Origin: Promethearchaeota archaeon
GTDB lineage: Archaea; Asgardarchaeota; Lokiarchaeia; Sigyniarchaeales; SOKP01
Direction of reading: 5' to 3'
Assembly (NCBI GenBank): GCA_019058365.1
Contig: JAHPZE010000005.1
Location: forward strand, 32,001-96,000
Length of the DNA stretch: 64,000 bases
Shown: in pieces, positions 19,514 to 29,237 of the stretch
Numbering within the stretch: position 1 is the first letter of the stretch
Layout: every line of letters starts with the position of its first letter
Made by a program: the position numbers and the translations under genes
Notes under the pieces: model-generated
Databases searched by the model: none
Told to the model about the DNA's origin: nothing
What the model saw: only the letters and a program-made list of their open reading frames with translations

Positions 19514-20713
19514 TTGAGTATAATAATTGATGAGGAATTGTGTACTGGGTGCGCTAGCTGTAAGGAGAGTTGCATTTATGGAGCTATTGAATTAGAAAAC
19601 AATATAGCAAAGGTTCTACCTAATTGTACATTATGTGGAGCATGTGTAGAAACTTGTCCCGAAGAAGCAATTTCATTGGAACGGGGTGACGTTAAAGCTC
19701 AAAAAATGGATCTCTCCCTATTTAAAGGCGTTTGGATTATTGCAGAACATTACAATAAAAAAATTAATAATGTTTCATTACAACTACTAAGTAAAGGACG
19801 AGAATTAGCTGATATCTTAAAAGTAAATTTATCACTTATTATATTAGGAGCTAGTTTCGATGATAAATTAGAAGAGCTTAGCCTATATGGAATGGATGAG
19901 ATCATATATATTAAATCACCGATTTTGAAGGATTACTATTCAGATTTATATACAAAAGTAATTACAGAATTAGTATTAGAAAACAAACCTGAAATTATAT
20001 TAATTGGGGCTACCCCTACCGGAAGAGATTTTGCCCCTAGAGTGGCAAAAAGACTTAATGCTGGGTTAACAGCAGACTGTACGGGATTAGAGATAGATCT
20101 TGAAGCAGGAAATCTACTTCAAACTCGTCCAACATATGGTGGAGCGATTATGGCAACTATTAGAACACCTTCTAGTAGACCACAAATGGCAACTGTAAGA
20201 GCTGGCATTTTTAGTATGCCTGAAAAAGTGAAAAAAAAGGTAAATATTAGGAAAATTGAGTATGAATTTGAAGAGAAAGATTCAGTTTCAAAAATTGTAA
20301 AAGTAATAAGTAAAACAAAAACCAATGTTAACCTTGAGGATGCTAAAATTATAGTTGCTGGAGGGCGTGGTGTAGGTTCCAGAGAAGGATTTCGAGTTAT
20401 AGAAAAATTAGCAGAAGTTTTAGATGCTGAACTGGGAGGATCCAGGATAACTGTGGAATTAAATTGGTTAGATCCAGATAGACAAATAGGTCAGACAGGT
20501 AAAACCGTAACTCCAAAACTATATATTGCTTGTGGAATCTCTGGTGCGATTCAACATATAGTTGGAATGGAAAATTCAGAAATTGTTGTTGCAATAAATA
20601 AAGACCCTAATGCTCCGATATTTAATTGGTCGCATTATGGTATTGTTGGAGATCTTCATGAAATTATACCAGTTTTAATAGAGGAGATTAAAAAGATTAA
20701 AGTGGATGAATAG
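19514..20713 (+). CDS. etfA: Electron transfer flavoprotein alpha subunit with N-terminal 2[4Fe-4S] ferredoxin domain
   Basis: CTGCASCKESC and CTLCGACVETCP; QIGQTGKTV, GISGAIQH, AINKDPNAPIF. Confidence 0.95.
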   Translation: MSIIIDEELCTGCASCKESCIYGAIELENNIAKVLPNCTLCGACVETCPEEAISLERGDVKAQKMDLSLFKGVWIIAEHYNKKINNVSLQLLSKGRELADILKVNLSLIILGASFDDKLEELSLYGMDEIIYIKSPILKDYYSDLYTKVITELVLENKPEIILIGATPTGRDFAPRVAKRLNAGLTADCTGLEIDLEAGNLLQTRPTYGGAIMATIRTPSSRPQMATVRAGIFSMPEKVKKKVNIRKIEYEFEEKDSVSKIVKVISKTKTNVNLEDAKIIVAGGRGVGSREGFRVIEKLAEVLDAELGGSRITVELNWLDPDRQIGQTGKTVTPKLYIACGISGAIQHIVGMENSEIVVAINKDPNAPIFNWSHYGIVGDLHEIIPVLIEEIKKIKVDE

Positions 20714-20829
20714 TTTCAATATTGACTTATTTTATAATATTGATTATTGAATTATTTTCATTAGCATAATTTAATTATTCAATTTTATATCTATATTCAT
20801 TTAAAGTTGAAAATTTATGATGAATTAAG

Positions 20830-22311
20830 ATGAAAAAGTTAATTTATGCATATATGTCTGATTGCTCAGACCCAAAAGATTTAATCCTTGCAGCAAGCAT
20901 TCGTAAATTTGGTGGTTCTTTGTCAGATAATCCAATATGGGTGTTAATTCCAAAAGCAGTAGAAAGTGTTACTAAGGAAATGAGAGACTTGTTTTTATCA
21001 ATGAATGTTGAACTTATTTCTTTTTCACCTGAGGATGAGCTAATTTTTCCATTTATTACATATGTTCATGCTGCTGCAAATGCTGAATTATTAGCGAAAG
21101 AAAAGACAAAACTTCTTGCATGGCTTGGTTCAAATACAATAATTTTTAATGAGCCAAAACACTTTCTTTTAGATGAAAATAAGAATTTAGGATATCGGCC
21201 AGTTCATCACACTAATATTGGGTCATTTTTTGATGAGCCAATCGATCCATTTTGGGAACAAGTATATCAAAAATGTAATGTATCTAAAGAACAGATTTTT
21301 CCAATGAAAACACACATAGACCATAACAAGCTTCGACCTTACTTTAATGCGGGTTGTTTAATTATTAGACCCGAGAAAGGACTACTTCAATCATGGTGGA
21401 ATTTTTATAAATATTTATTTAATGAACAAAACTTTAAAGATTATTACAATAAGAACTACATTTATGCCATTTTCATTCATCAGGCAATTTTATCAGGTGT
21501 GATTCTCTCAACTATGGAACGATCCGAACTTTATGAACTCCCTTTTGACTATAATTATCCATTAAATCTATATTACAACTGTCCGGTTGTTTATCGGGCC
21601 AAAAATGTCAACAAATTAATTACAGTTCGTTATGAGGATCCAGAAGATCTTAAAAAAGTTCCACTTCAAGATCCTTTGAAAAGTTGGCTAATAAATCAAA
21701 TAGATAACTTCTTCATAAAAACATTATCCTCTGCTGAGAAAGTTAAATTCGGAAAAGTTTCTTTAGTCTATCCTATCCCGATCATTCTTGCTGGAGCACT
21801 TGTTAATAATCAACCTAATTTTGAGACATTGGGAGACGTTGGAATTATGAGTATTAAACCTCCACTTGTTTACATTTCTTCAGGTCAAAATCATTATACA
21901 AATCAAGGAATTCTCGAAAACAAAACCTTTAGTATAAATTTTCCAACCACTCACCTTCTTGTAAAAACTGATTATTGTGGAGTAGCATCTGGAAATGAAG
22001 TGGATAAATCACAATTATTTAACTTATTTTATGGTGAATTAGAAACAGCACCCATGATACGAGAATGCCCTGTGAATTTAGAATGTAAAGTTATCAAGGA
22101 ATTCTCTATTCAACATAGACAGATATTTATTGGAGATGTTGTACAATCTTATGTGAGTGAAGATTTTGTGATTAAAAGCGAAGAAGGACAGATAATTGCA
22201 GATATGGCAAAACTAGATCCAATTATCTACGCATTAGATAATCGTTATTACAAAATTGGTGAAATAATCGGAACGGGATACCAAGAAAGCAAGAAATTCA
22301 AACAGGACTAA
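20830..22311 (+). CDS. Fusion of a glycosyltransferase-like N-terminal domain and a flavin reductase (flavoredoxin) domain
   Basis: PYFNAG and ELPFDYNYP in the N-terminal part; TDYCGVASG, APMIRECPVNLECKV and HRQIFIGDV in the C-terminal part. Confidence 0.75.
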   Translation: MKKLIYAYMSDCSDPKDLILAASIRKFGGSLSDNPIWVLIPKAVESVTKEMRDLFLSMNVELISFSPEDELIFPFITYVHAAANAELLAKEKTKLLAWLGSNTIIFNEPKHFLLDENKNLGYRPVHHTNIGSFFDEPIDPFWEQVYQKCNVSKEQIFPMKTHIDHNKLRPYFNAGCLIIRPEKGLLQSWWNFYKYLFNEQNFKDYYNKNYIYAIFIHQAILSGVILSTMERSELYELPFDYNYPLNLYYNCPVVYRAKNVNKLITVRYEDPEDLKKVPLQDPLKSWLINQIDNFFIKTLSSAEKVKFGKVSLVYPIPIILAGALVNNQPNFETLGDVGIMSIKPPLVYISSGQNHYTNQGILENKTFSINFPTTHLLVKTDYCGVASGNEVDKSQLFNLFYGELETAPMIRECPVNLECKVIKEFSIQHRQIFIGDVVQSYVSEDFVIKSEEGQIIADMAKLDPIIYALDNRYYKIGEIIGTGYQESKKFKQD

Positions 22312-23027
22312 TTGAAGTTTAAAGAAATCTGAGCTCAAAAAATAGAGATCTCCCAATTTAAAGATATTTGGGTAATTGCAGAATTTTATAAAAAAAAATA
22401 GTGTAATGGAATGCATTTTAGTATTATTCGTGGAGGAATAAATTATGGCCTAAAAAAAACATTCCACTACTAGAAAAAAACTAATATTTTTTTCTAATAT
22501 ACATCTAGTCACCCATCCTAATAAATGTTTCGTGAATTTAATGAACGTTCTGTTCTATTATTGCGTGAATTGTATTGCTATGATATTAACATGCGATTAG
22601 GTTTTTGATTTTTATATAATACTTCCTTATTTTAAAAATAAAAGCTAAAACAGTTCATAATTTTAATTAAAAAACAAAATTTTTCTTAAAAAATATGAAT
22701 AATAAATCGTTTTTTATGAAAAAGCTTATCCGAATTTTTGCACAAATTGTTAATCCACTTCATTTTAATAAAATAATTTTAAATTTTATTAAGATCTTAA
22801 TAAGAATAGAATCCCAATATGTCAATCATAGATCTTATTTCTCTAAAATTTATAACTCTAATCTCTCTAGACCTTCTTAATATCCTGCATTTTGCTTTTA
22901 TGACACTTTCCTTAAAATTTACTTGAAAATCTTAAAATAAAAGAGCACTTATTTACGAATTTCTGTTAATTTGTGAAAACAATTATAGAAGTAAGAAAAT
23001 AAAAAAAAGTTAATTATAAATTTGAAT

Positions 23028-26000
23028 TTATGATGGACGTTTTGTTAAAATTTTGCCTTTCTTCTTCAAGACATATACTACAACGACAGCACCAGCTGCT
23101 GCTGGGATACCTATTGCTAATGCGAGTATTAATGCTGGATCTAATGGTGGTGTATAAGATGCTCTCAAATCACTTGTTGTGAGTAGTACGGTATCATATT
23201 GGCTTAAGGAAAGATAAAAAGATACATTATTTCCAGCATCTGCGTCAACTTCAAATAGTAGAGTAAAATGATCAGAGAAAACTCCAAACTCATAAGTATA
23301 ATTATAATCAACGTTTGTAATAGGACTGAAGGATTTCGATTCTTGATTGGGGCCAGTAGTGCTAATCCAAGGAAGGTCTTGGAGTATATAAAGATCATAG
23401 TCACCTAAACCTAAACCTTTTACGGTAGCAACTAATTGTGTCCATTGATAGGGTTCACCAACACATTCAAGAACAAAATAGCTTTCACCACCATAGGGAA
23501 GAAGACTTTCAGTATGGTTATATTCCATTGTTAATCCGTAATCATAGATATCCCCAGTAATATTTGAATATCCAGTTAGTGTAAAGTTTTTTATATCAAT
23601 TGCATGAAGCTTTGGAGTAGGGGTTAAATCTTGAATATTATAGGTTGCATGTGGTGCATAATCCCAGTAATTCTCGACAGCAAACTGAACAGAAACTGAA
23701 CCATTATAATCCCATTGTTCGGGAACAATTAATAGTCTATATGTTCCTCCTTCAGGACCAATAGTCCATGGATCTGACGATGGATTATCAATAATAAAAG
23801 ATTCTCTACTATCAAAGTTATAGATACCACTATCATCATCATCCAAACTCACTTCTAAACCAATTTCTTGACCACTTGGATTACCAGGCTGAATTATACC
23901 GCTTGGCCCCCAATAATCATCGTATTCGTATCCACTTTCTCCTATAAGAATGTATCGTAAATCTCCTCTTATAGTATTGTTTAATAAAGTCAACTCTTGT
24001 ATAATAGGTACAGTTGAATAATCTCCAGAACAACGTATTGCCATCCAATAATAGTCACTTTCATCCACATCAGGATCTAAATCATCATCAGCTCCTTTAG
24101 TCCAACCATTAAAATCAGCATCAGATATATCTAATTCAATAGTACCATCCGCGGTAAAACCAGTAGTACCATCATTGTCCATAGAAAGTGTACCCCATGC
24201 AGGATCAGTATAAACTAGAGGTGTAGCAATAGATCCTGCCACTCCTGGAACTGAAAAGTCAAATGTCATTCCAGTCCATCTTGTTGGGGCTCCGATATAT
24301 AAGTAATCATTTACTTCACTGTCCATACCATCGGTAGAAAAAGCAGGATACGGATAGTCAGAGGTATAAAATTGTAAATCTGTATCGTTTAAAGTATAAA
24401 GATGTGAAGGAATGCTACTTATAGCCGCTCCATCATTATCTGTTACCCACATTGTTGTATTTAATCTACACTGACCATAATCTGGAATAACAATATCAAC
24501 ACCTACTGGATTTTTAAGACTTGCGAACTCCGCATCTGGTTGAAACTCAATAGTAACAAATTCTGTTGGTGACTTTTTGGGATAGGTTAAAGTATTAACT
24601 GGAATAGATTCATCAGATAAGGGATAAACTTGTGTACTAACCCTAAAAAGCCCATTTGCAAAAGGATTTGTGTTTTTAATGACACCTATATAAGTTCCAG
24701 CAGGCATGTAATGCCAGCGCAAAACGGTTGAGTCTACTGTCCTCGTAAGAATAGGTTCATTAATATCATAACACATAAATTCCTTTGAATCTCTGAAAAT
24801 AAAATCATTTAGATTTCCTAATGAATTCAAAACTGGTGCTCCAAGAGGATTAGGCAAACTAGTATAATTAAAACGTACGATTGAATCTTCTCTAACTGTA
24901 AATTGTATTGTTTTAGCTTCTTCCATAGAAATGCTAAATATAGTTGTATCGCCTAATGTATACCCTTCATTGCTAGCTTTTGTTAAGAATAATGTATATC
25001 TATACCAATCCCCAAAATCGTCATCAGTTAATGAGATGTAAGCAGCACCACTTTTAGCAAAATATATCTCATGAGATCCAGTACCAACATTACCATCTAA
25101 AATATAGCCATTAGCACATGGAGTCCAAATGTCTATTCTTGGAGTAAATCCAGTTGAAAATTCCTGATAAATATCTAGATTATACACCTCTCCTTTTTTT
25201 CCGTTAAATCTAAACCACTGTGATTGCCAATTAGCAATCTTAGTCACATCAAGAGTTCCATAATCATCAAAATTACCTCCAAATCCTACAGAGTTTAAAG
25301 ATAAGGAAGAAATATCAACATCTAAAAATTCTAGATTTAAAGAGGCAGGATCACTATAACCTGTTACAACTACAATTAAACGATAAGCACCAATTTCACT
25401 TGCGGAAAATAAAATATATTCATAAAGTGGATTAATTCCCATGAAATTTGTTACGTCATCATAACAATCAACAGTCTTTCCTGATGGTGAAATTAAATAA
25501 TAAACATATGAAACTGAACCCGGAATAGGCGTTATCCAATCTATTTTTAAAGCCTTTGGACCTGTACTTTTAACAATTAGATCAACTTGCATTGGATGTT
25601 CATAATTGAAAGATTGAGAAAAAACTCCGCCTTCTTGCATTGCATAATAATCAAAGACAGTACTTACTGTAAAAGGTGATAATGTTTCAGCTTCAGCATT
25701 ATATGCAGAAACATTTAACCATCTAACTTCATTCCATGGATCGATTTCATCATTAGATGATATACTGCCTATACCCCAATTAGCTAAGTCTGTGGGATAA
25801 TATAAAGAAATATCTTCACCTGGATAATTAACTATTTCTTCAGCAACAGTACCTCCTAACCAATTGGTTACTGTAAATTTACCTTGATTTGTTCCATCAA
25901 CATATAAAGCACCAACTGTATTAGGAGATGGAATTAACGCACCATAACCTTCTGGGCCAAGTTGGTCTTCCTTATCAAGATTAAAGACAGCGTTTTCTTG

Positions 26001-26105
26001 TATAGTTCTTGCTAATACATTAGATATCGTAATAGTGTTGAATAAAAGAAATAGGGATATTCCTAAAATCACAATTGCCTTTCTATTTTTAATTAAATTT
26101 TTCAT
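23028..26105 (-). CDS. Large secreted, C-terminally anchored cell-surface protein
   Basis: Basic-hydrophobic signal peptide; beta-rich D/S/T/Y/G body; C-terminal TM followed by KKKGKILTKRPS. Confidence 0.85.
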   Translation of the reverse strand: MKNLIKNRKAIVILGISLFLLFNTITISNVLARTIQENAVFNLDKEDQLGPEGYGALIPSPNTVGALYVDGTNQGKFTVTNWLGGTVAEEIVNYPGEDISLYYPTDLANWGIGSISSNDEIDPWNEVRWLNVSAYNAEAETLSPFTVSTVFDYYAMQEGGVFSQSFNYEHPMQVDLIVKSTGPKALKIDWITPIPGSVSYVYYLISPSGKTVDCYDDVTNFMGINPLYEYILFSASEIGAYRLIVVVTGYSDPASLNLEFLDVDISSLSLNSVGFGGNFDDYGTLDVTKIANWQSQWFRFNGKKGEVYNLDIYQEFSTGFTPRIDIWTPCANGYILDGNVGTGSHEIYFAKSGAAYISLTDDDFGDWYRYTLFLTKASNEGYTLGDTTIFSISMEEAKTIQFTVREDSIVRFNYTSLPNPLGAPVLNSLGNLNDFIFRDSKEFMCYDINEPILTRTVDSTVLRWHYMPAGTYIGVIKNTNPFANGLFRVSTQVYPLSDESIPVNTLTYPKKSPTEFVTIEFQPDAEFASLKNPVGVDIVIPDYGQCRLNTTMWVTDNDGAAISSIPSHLYTLNDTDLQFYTSDYPYPAFSTDGMDSEVNDYLYIGAPTRWTGMTFDFSVPGVAGSIATPLVYTDPAWGTLSMDNDGTTGFTADGTIELDISDADFNGWTKGADDDLDPDVDESDYYWMAIRCSGDYSTVPIIQELTLLNNTIRGDLRYILIGESGYEYDDYWGPSGIIQPGNPSGQEIGLEVSLDDDDSGIYNFDSRESFIIDNPSSDPWTIGPEGGTYRLLIVPEQWDYNGSVSVQFAVENYWDYAPHATYNIQDLTPTPKLHAIDIKNFTLTGYSNITGDIYDYGLTMEYNHTESLLPYGGESYFVLECVGEPYQWTQLVATVKGLGLGDYDLYILQDLPWISTTGPNQESKSFSPITNVDYNYTYEFGVFSDHFTLLFEVDADAGNNVSFYLSLSQYDTVLLTTSDLRASYTPPLDPALILALAIGIPAAAGAVVVVYVLKKKGKILTKRPS

Positions 26106-26384
26106 TTTTTTTCATTTTATTTTTTATTATAGATCTAAAAAACGATCTGTAAGCTAATAATTAGTAATTTGAATATTTAAATAAAGGGGTATAATTTTAC
26201 ACATATTTGACTAAATATTAAAGAAGAATAAGCCCTAACTATGAAGTTCTGATTTTAATTTTCTTAAAGAAGATATAAATAAATTTCCAATGATAAATTC
26301 ACTTAAATTTATTAAGTAAATGGATTGTTTTTATATTATCATATCTGGTTGAAATTTATTTCAAAATTTATTATATGATTTATA

Positions 26385-26900
26385 ATGTCTAGTGAAGAAT
26401 CTGGTAAACATTATGTACCTTTTGTGGGACTTCTCGAGGATTATGTAGGCCGTTCTCCTATGGATTATTATAGTTGGGGACATATTGCTTTTGGAATCGC
26501 TAGTTTTGCGATCTTTTCATTAATTATTACTTTATGGGAATTGTTCGTTGGACCCGCACCAATATCATGGTATTTTATTCTTATCTTTGTTCTTGTTGTT
26601 GGTGTCGGCTGGGAGATAATAGAAAATACAATACTCTTGAAATTAGGTTTAAAGTATGAAAATAGAAAGGATTCTTTTGTCAATGCTTTTTTTGATATAA
26701 TCTTTGTTATTGGTGGCGGTGCAGCTACATGGTTAATGAAATGGATAATTATGGATGTTATGGGTGAAAGAGGACGATGGTTTTATGTGTCAGCACTTAT
26801 ATCTTTCTTAATTATGTTAATTTCCTATTTCATTGGATTCTATATTACAAATGAGACCACAAAGAAAGCAAGAAAAGAACATGGGAAAGTTATTAGTTAG
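26385..26900 (+). CDS. Membrane protein, DUF2585/VanZ-like
   Basis: YSWGHIAFG, GWEIIEN and DSFVNAFFDII motifs among 4 TM. Confidence 0.6.
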   Translation: MSSEESGKHYVPFVGLLEDYVGRSPMDYYSWGHIAFGIASFAIFSLIITLWELFVGPAPISWYFILIFVLVVGVGWEIIENTILLKLGLKYENRKDSFVNAFFDIIFVIGGGAATWLMKWIIMDVMGERGRWFYVSALISFLIMLISYFIGFYITNETTKKARKEHGKVIS

Positions 26901-26932
26901 AATTTTTTAAAATCCTTCTTTTTTTTAATTTT

Positions 26933-27727
26933 TCATCTTCCTTTTAAAATACTGTTTTCGAAAGCAAATAAAGCAGCCCCTACTGCTCCAGTTAATTGTG
27001 GAGAAGGTGGTATTAAAATATTACCATTAATTTCACTTTTTAAGATTTCTCCAATAATGGAATTATAAGCTATTAATCCTCCCGTAAGAACTACAGTACC
27101 CTCTAATTCTGTCATTTCGATAATTCTTTTTATTACAGACCCAAACGCGCTTTTAATTAAATCTTCAATTTTTTCTCCCTCTTTAATTCGAGTAAGAATT
27201 TCTGTCTTGGCAAAAACTGTACAAAAGCTAGCAAGAGGTAGATTTGAGGTAGATTTAGTTGCTAAATTATTTAACTCTTTCAATGGAATATCAAGACGAT
27301 AAGCAATTTCTTCTATGAATGCCCCCGTGCCTGCAGCACATTTCCGATTCATTTTGAACCTTATAATTTTTCCTTGCTCATCAAGTTTAATGACCTTAGT
27401 ATCCTGACCTCCAATATCAACAATTGTGATTTTCTGTGGAAAATAGTGATAAGCACCTTTTGCATGACAACTAATTTCAGTCTTATTAGTGTTAGCGAAA
27501 GAAACTTTATCTTTTCCATAACCTGTTGCTGTAATATGCTTTATAGAATTATTTGATAATGAAGCATTAGATAGGGTATTTTCAAAAGCAAATTTGCTTG
27601 ATTTTTCTATAGAAGTACCAGTACGTTTAACAAAAGAGCTTACAATCTCTTTATTACCATTTAATACTACAGATTTTACATATGAGGTTCCTACATCGAT
27701 ACCTACAAAGAAAAATTCATTAAGCAT
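26933..27727 (-). CDS. CoA-substrate enzyme activase (HgdC/BadF-BadG ASKHA ATPase)
   Basis: GIDVGTS, TATGYGK, EISCHAKG, DIGGQDTK, MNRKCAAGTG, CTVFA. Confidence 0.92.
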   Translation of the reverse strand: MLNEFFFVGIDVGTSYVKSVVLNGNKEIVSSFVKRTGTSIEKSSKFAFENTLSNASLSNNSIKHITATGYGKDKVSFANTNKTEISCHAKGAYHYFPQKITIVDIGGQDTKVIKLDEQGKIIRFKMNRKCAAGTGAFIEEIAYRLDIPLKELNNLATKSTSNLPLASFCTVFAKTEILTRIKEGEKIEDLIKSAFGSVIKRIIEMTELEGTVVLTGGLIAYNSIIGEILKSEINGNILIPPSPQLTGAVGAALFAFENSILKGR

Positions 27728-27752
27728 AATTATACGATATTAGAATTATAAA

Positions 27753-28700
27753 CTAATCATGATTTATTGGAGGTAATTCACATCCTCTAATTAAGGATAC
27801 GAAAATTTTGTTATATGGTGTAGGTATTCCTTCGATTTCTCCATATTCAACTATTTTTCCATTAAGAAATCCAATTTCTGATGGATGACCCGCATTAATA
27901 TCTGCCTCCATTGAAACTCTGTGGTGACCTGCTTTATCCAGATAACTCATACCTTTATTTAAAAAATCTGAATCGAAGTTTATACCACGTGCTCGTGCAA
28001 CCTCTATTCCCTCACGTAGTATTTCTCTACATATTTCTCGTGTTTCCGTAAATTCCATTGTTTGCTTCATAGTAGTTCTCGTGGTAACACAAACAGGACT
28101 TATTGTATTGAGTATACATTTTGTCCATTCAAACTTTTTTATTTCTGGAGTAAAGATAGTCTCTAATCCAGTAGAGTTGATGATTTCTGCTATATGTTTG
28201 GCTTTATCTTCTGCTTCTGAGGATATTACACCTAAATAGTTTGGTGGGTTAAAAAATGACATTCTTATAATACCATTGTCTATAATATTTCCAGCATAGT
28301 TGACAACAATACGAGCTGCATTTTCTTTTTCTACATACTCTGCAATAAGTTCCTCGGTATCAAACCCATTTTGTAAACTAATTAAAGTTGTCTTAGGTTC
28401 CATAACTTTTTTAATTTTTGGTAAAATTTCATTAAGATAATATGCCTTCACAGCGATAAATAAAGTATCTACTTCTTTATTTTCCAGCTCATCTATAGAA
28501 TAACATATGTTTTCTTTTGGGAATTTGACCTTGAATTGTTTTAGATTTGTCAATGTTAATCCTTTCTTTTTTATCTTATCCATATGATTCTTATTAATAT
28601 CAACAAGAACCACATTGTGTCCTGCTTTAGCAAGATGAGCTGCTAAAATTCCACCAGTGGGACCAACACCAATTATTCCAAATTTATATTTTTTTACCAT
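27753..28700 (-). CDS. Ketopantoate reductase (PanE/ApbA) family protein
   Basis: GVGPTGG, AVKAY, SLQNG, EWTK..N, SMEADI...EIGFLNG, PTPYN. Confidence 0.88.
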   Translation of the reverse strand: MVKKYKFGIIGVGPTGGILAAHLAKAGHNVVLVDINKNHMDKIKKKGLTLTNLKQFKVKFPKENICYSIDELENKEVDTLFIAVKAYYLNEILPKIKKVMEPKTTLISLQNGFDTEELIAEYVEKENAARIVVNYAGNIIDNGIIRMSFFNPPNYLGVISSEAEDKAKHIAEIINSTGLETIFTPEIKKFEWTKCILNTISPVCVTTRTTMKQTMEFTETREICREILREGIEVARARGINFDSDFLNKGMSYLDKAGHHRVSMEADINAGHPSEIGFLNGKIVEYGEIEGIPTPYNKIFVSLIRGCELPPINHD

Positions 28701-28733
28701 TTTTAATCGTTTTTAAAAAATCATAAAAAATTT

Positions 28734-29222
28734 CTATATAGATATCTCTAACAACTTTTTCATTAAGTCTGATAATTTTTCTGCCGCTATTCTTCTCTTA
28801 TTCAGATTTATAGTATTTGCATCTATAAATTGAAGTGCTCCGGGTATGCAAAATTTTACACATATAGGGTCACCCTCACAAAGATTACATTTTAAAATCT
28901 TTCTATTCTTATCAATTCCTACTCCACCAAGTGGACAGAACATTACACATAGTTTGCATCCTACACATAAATCTTCATCGATAATTACTGCCCCTGTTTT
29001 CTCGTTTCTACTTACAGCACCCATAGGACACACAGTTTCACAAATGGGTGTTTCACAATGTTGACAAATCATTGGTATATATAATCCAACAGTTTCCCAC
29101 TTTACGATATGAATTCTTGCTCGAGAGGGATTACTAACTTTTTCATGATAGAGAGAACATGCATTTTCACATAATCTGCATCCAGTACATTTTTCTGGGT
29201 CAACAAATAATATTTTTTGCAT
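28734..29222 (-). CDS. 4Fe-4S dicluster protein (AOR partner subunit)
   Basis: Four Cys cluster motifs (CTGCRLCENAC, CQHCETPICETVCP, CVGCKLCVMFCP, KCNLC..ICVKFC). Confidence 0.92.
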   Translation of the reverse strand: MQKILFVDPEKCTGCRLCENACSLYHEKVSNPSRARIHIVKWETVGLYIPMICQHCETPICETVCPMGAVSRNEKTGAVIIDEDLCVGCKLCVMFCPLGGVGIDKNRKILKCNLCEGDPICVKFCIPGALQFIDANTINLNKRRIAAEKLSDLMKKLLEISI

Positions 29223-29237
29223 TCAATATACCTCGTT

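Noticed and set aside
22400-23020. Long intergenic region and ORF 22695..22880 as ncRNA or CDS
   Set aside because: Very AT-rich with no convincing structure, repeat or protein motif
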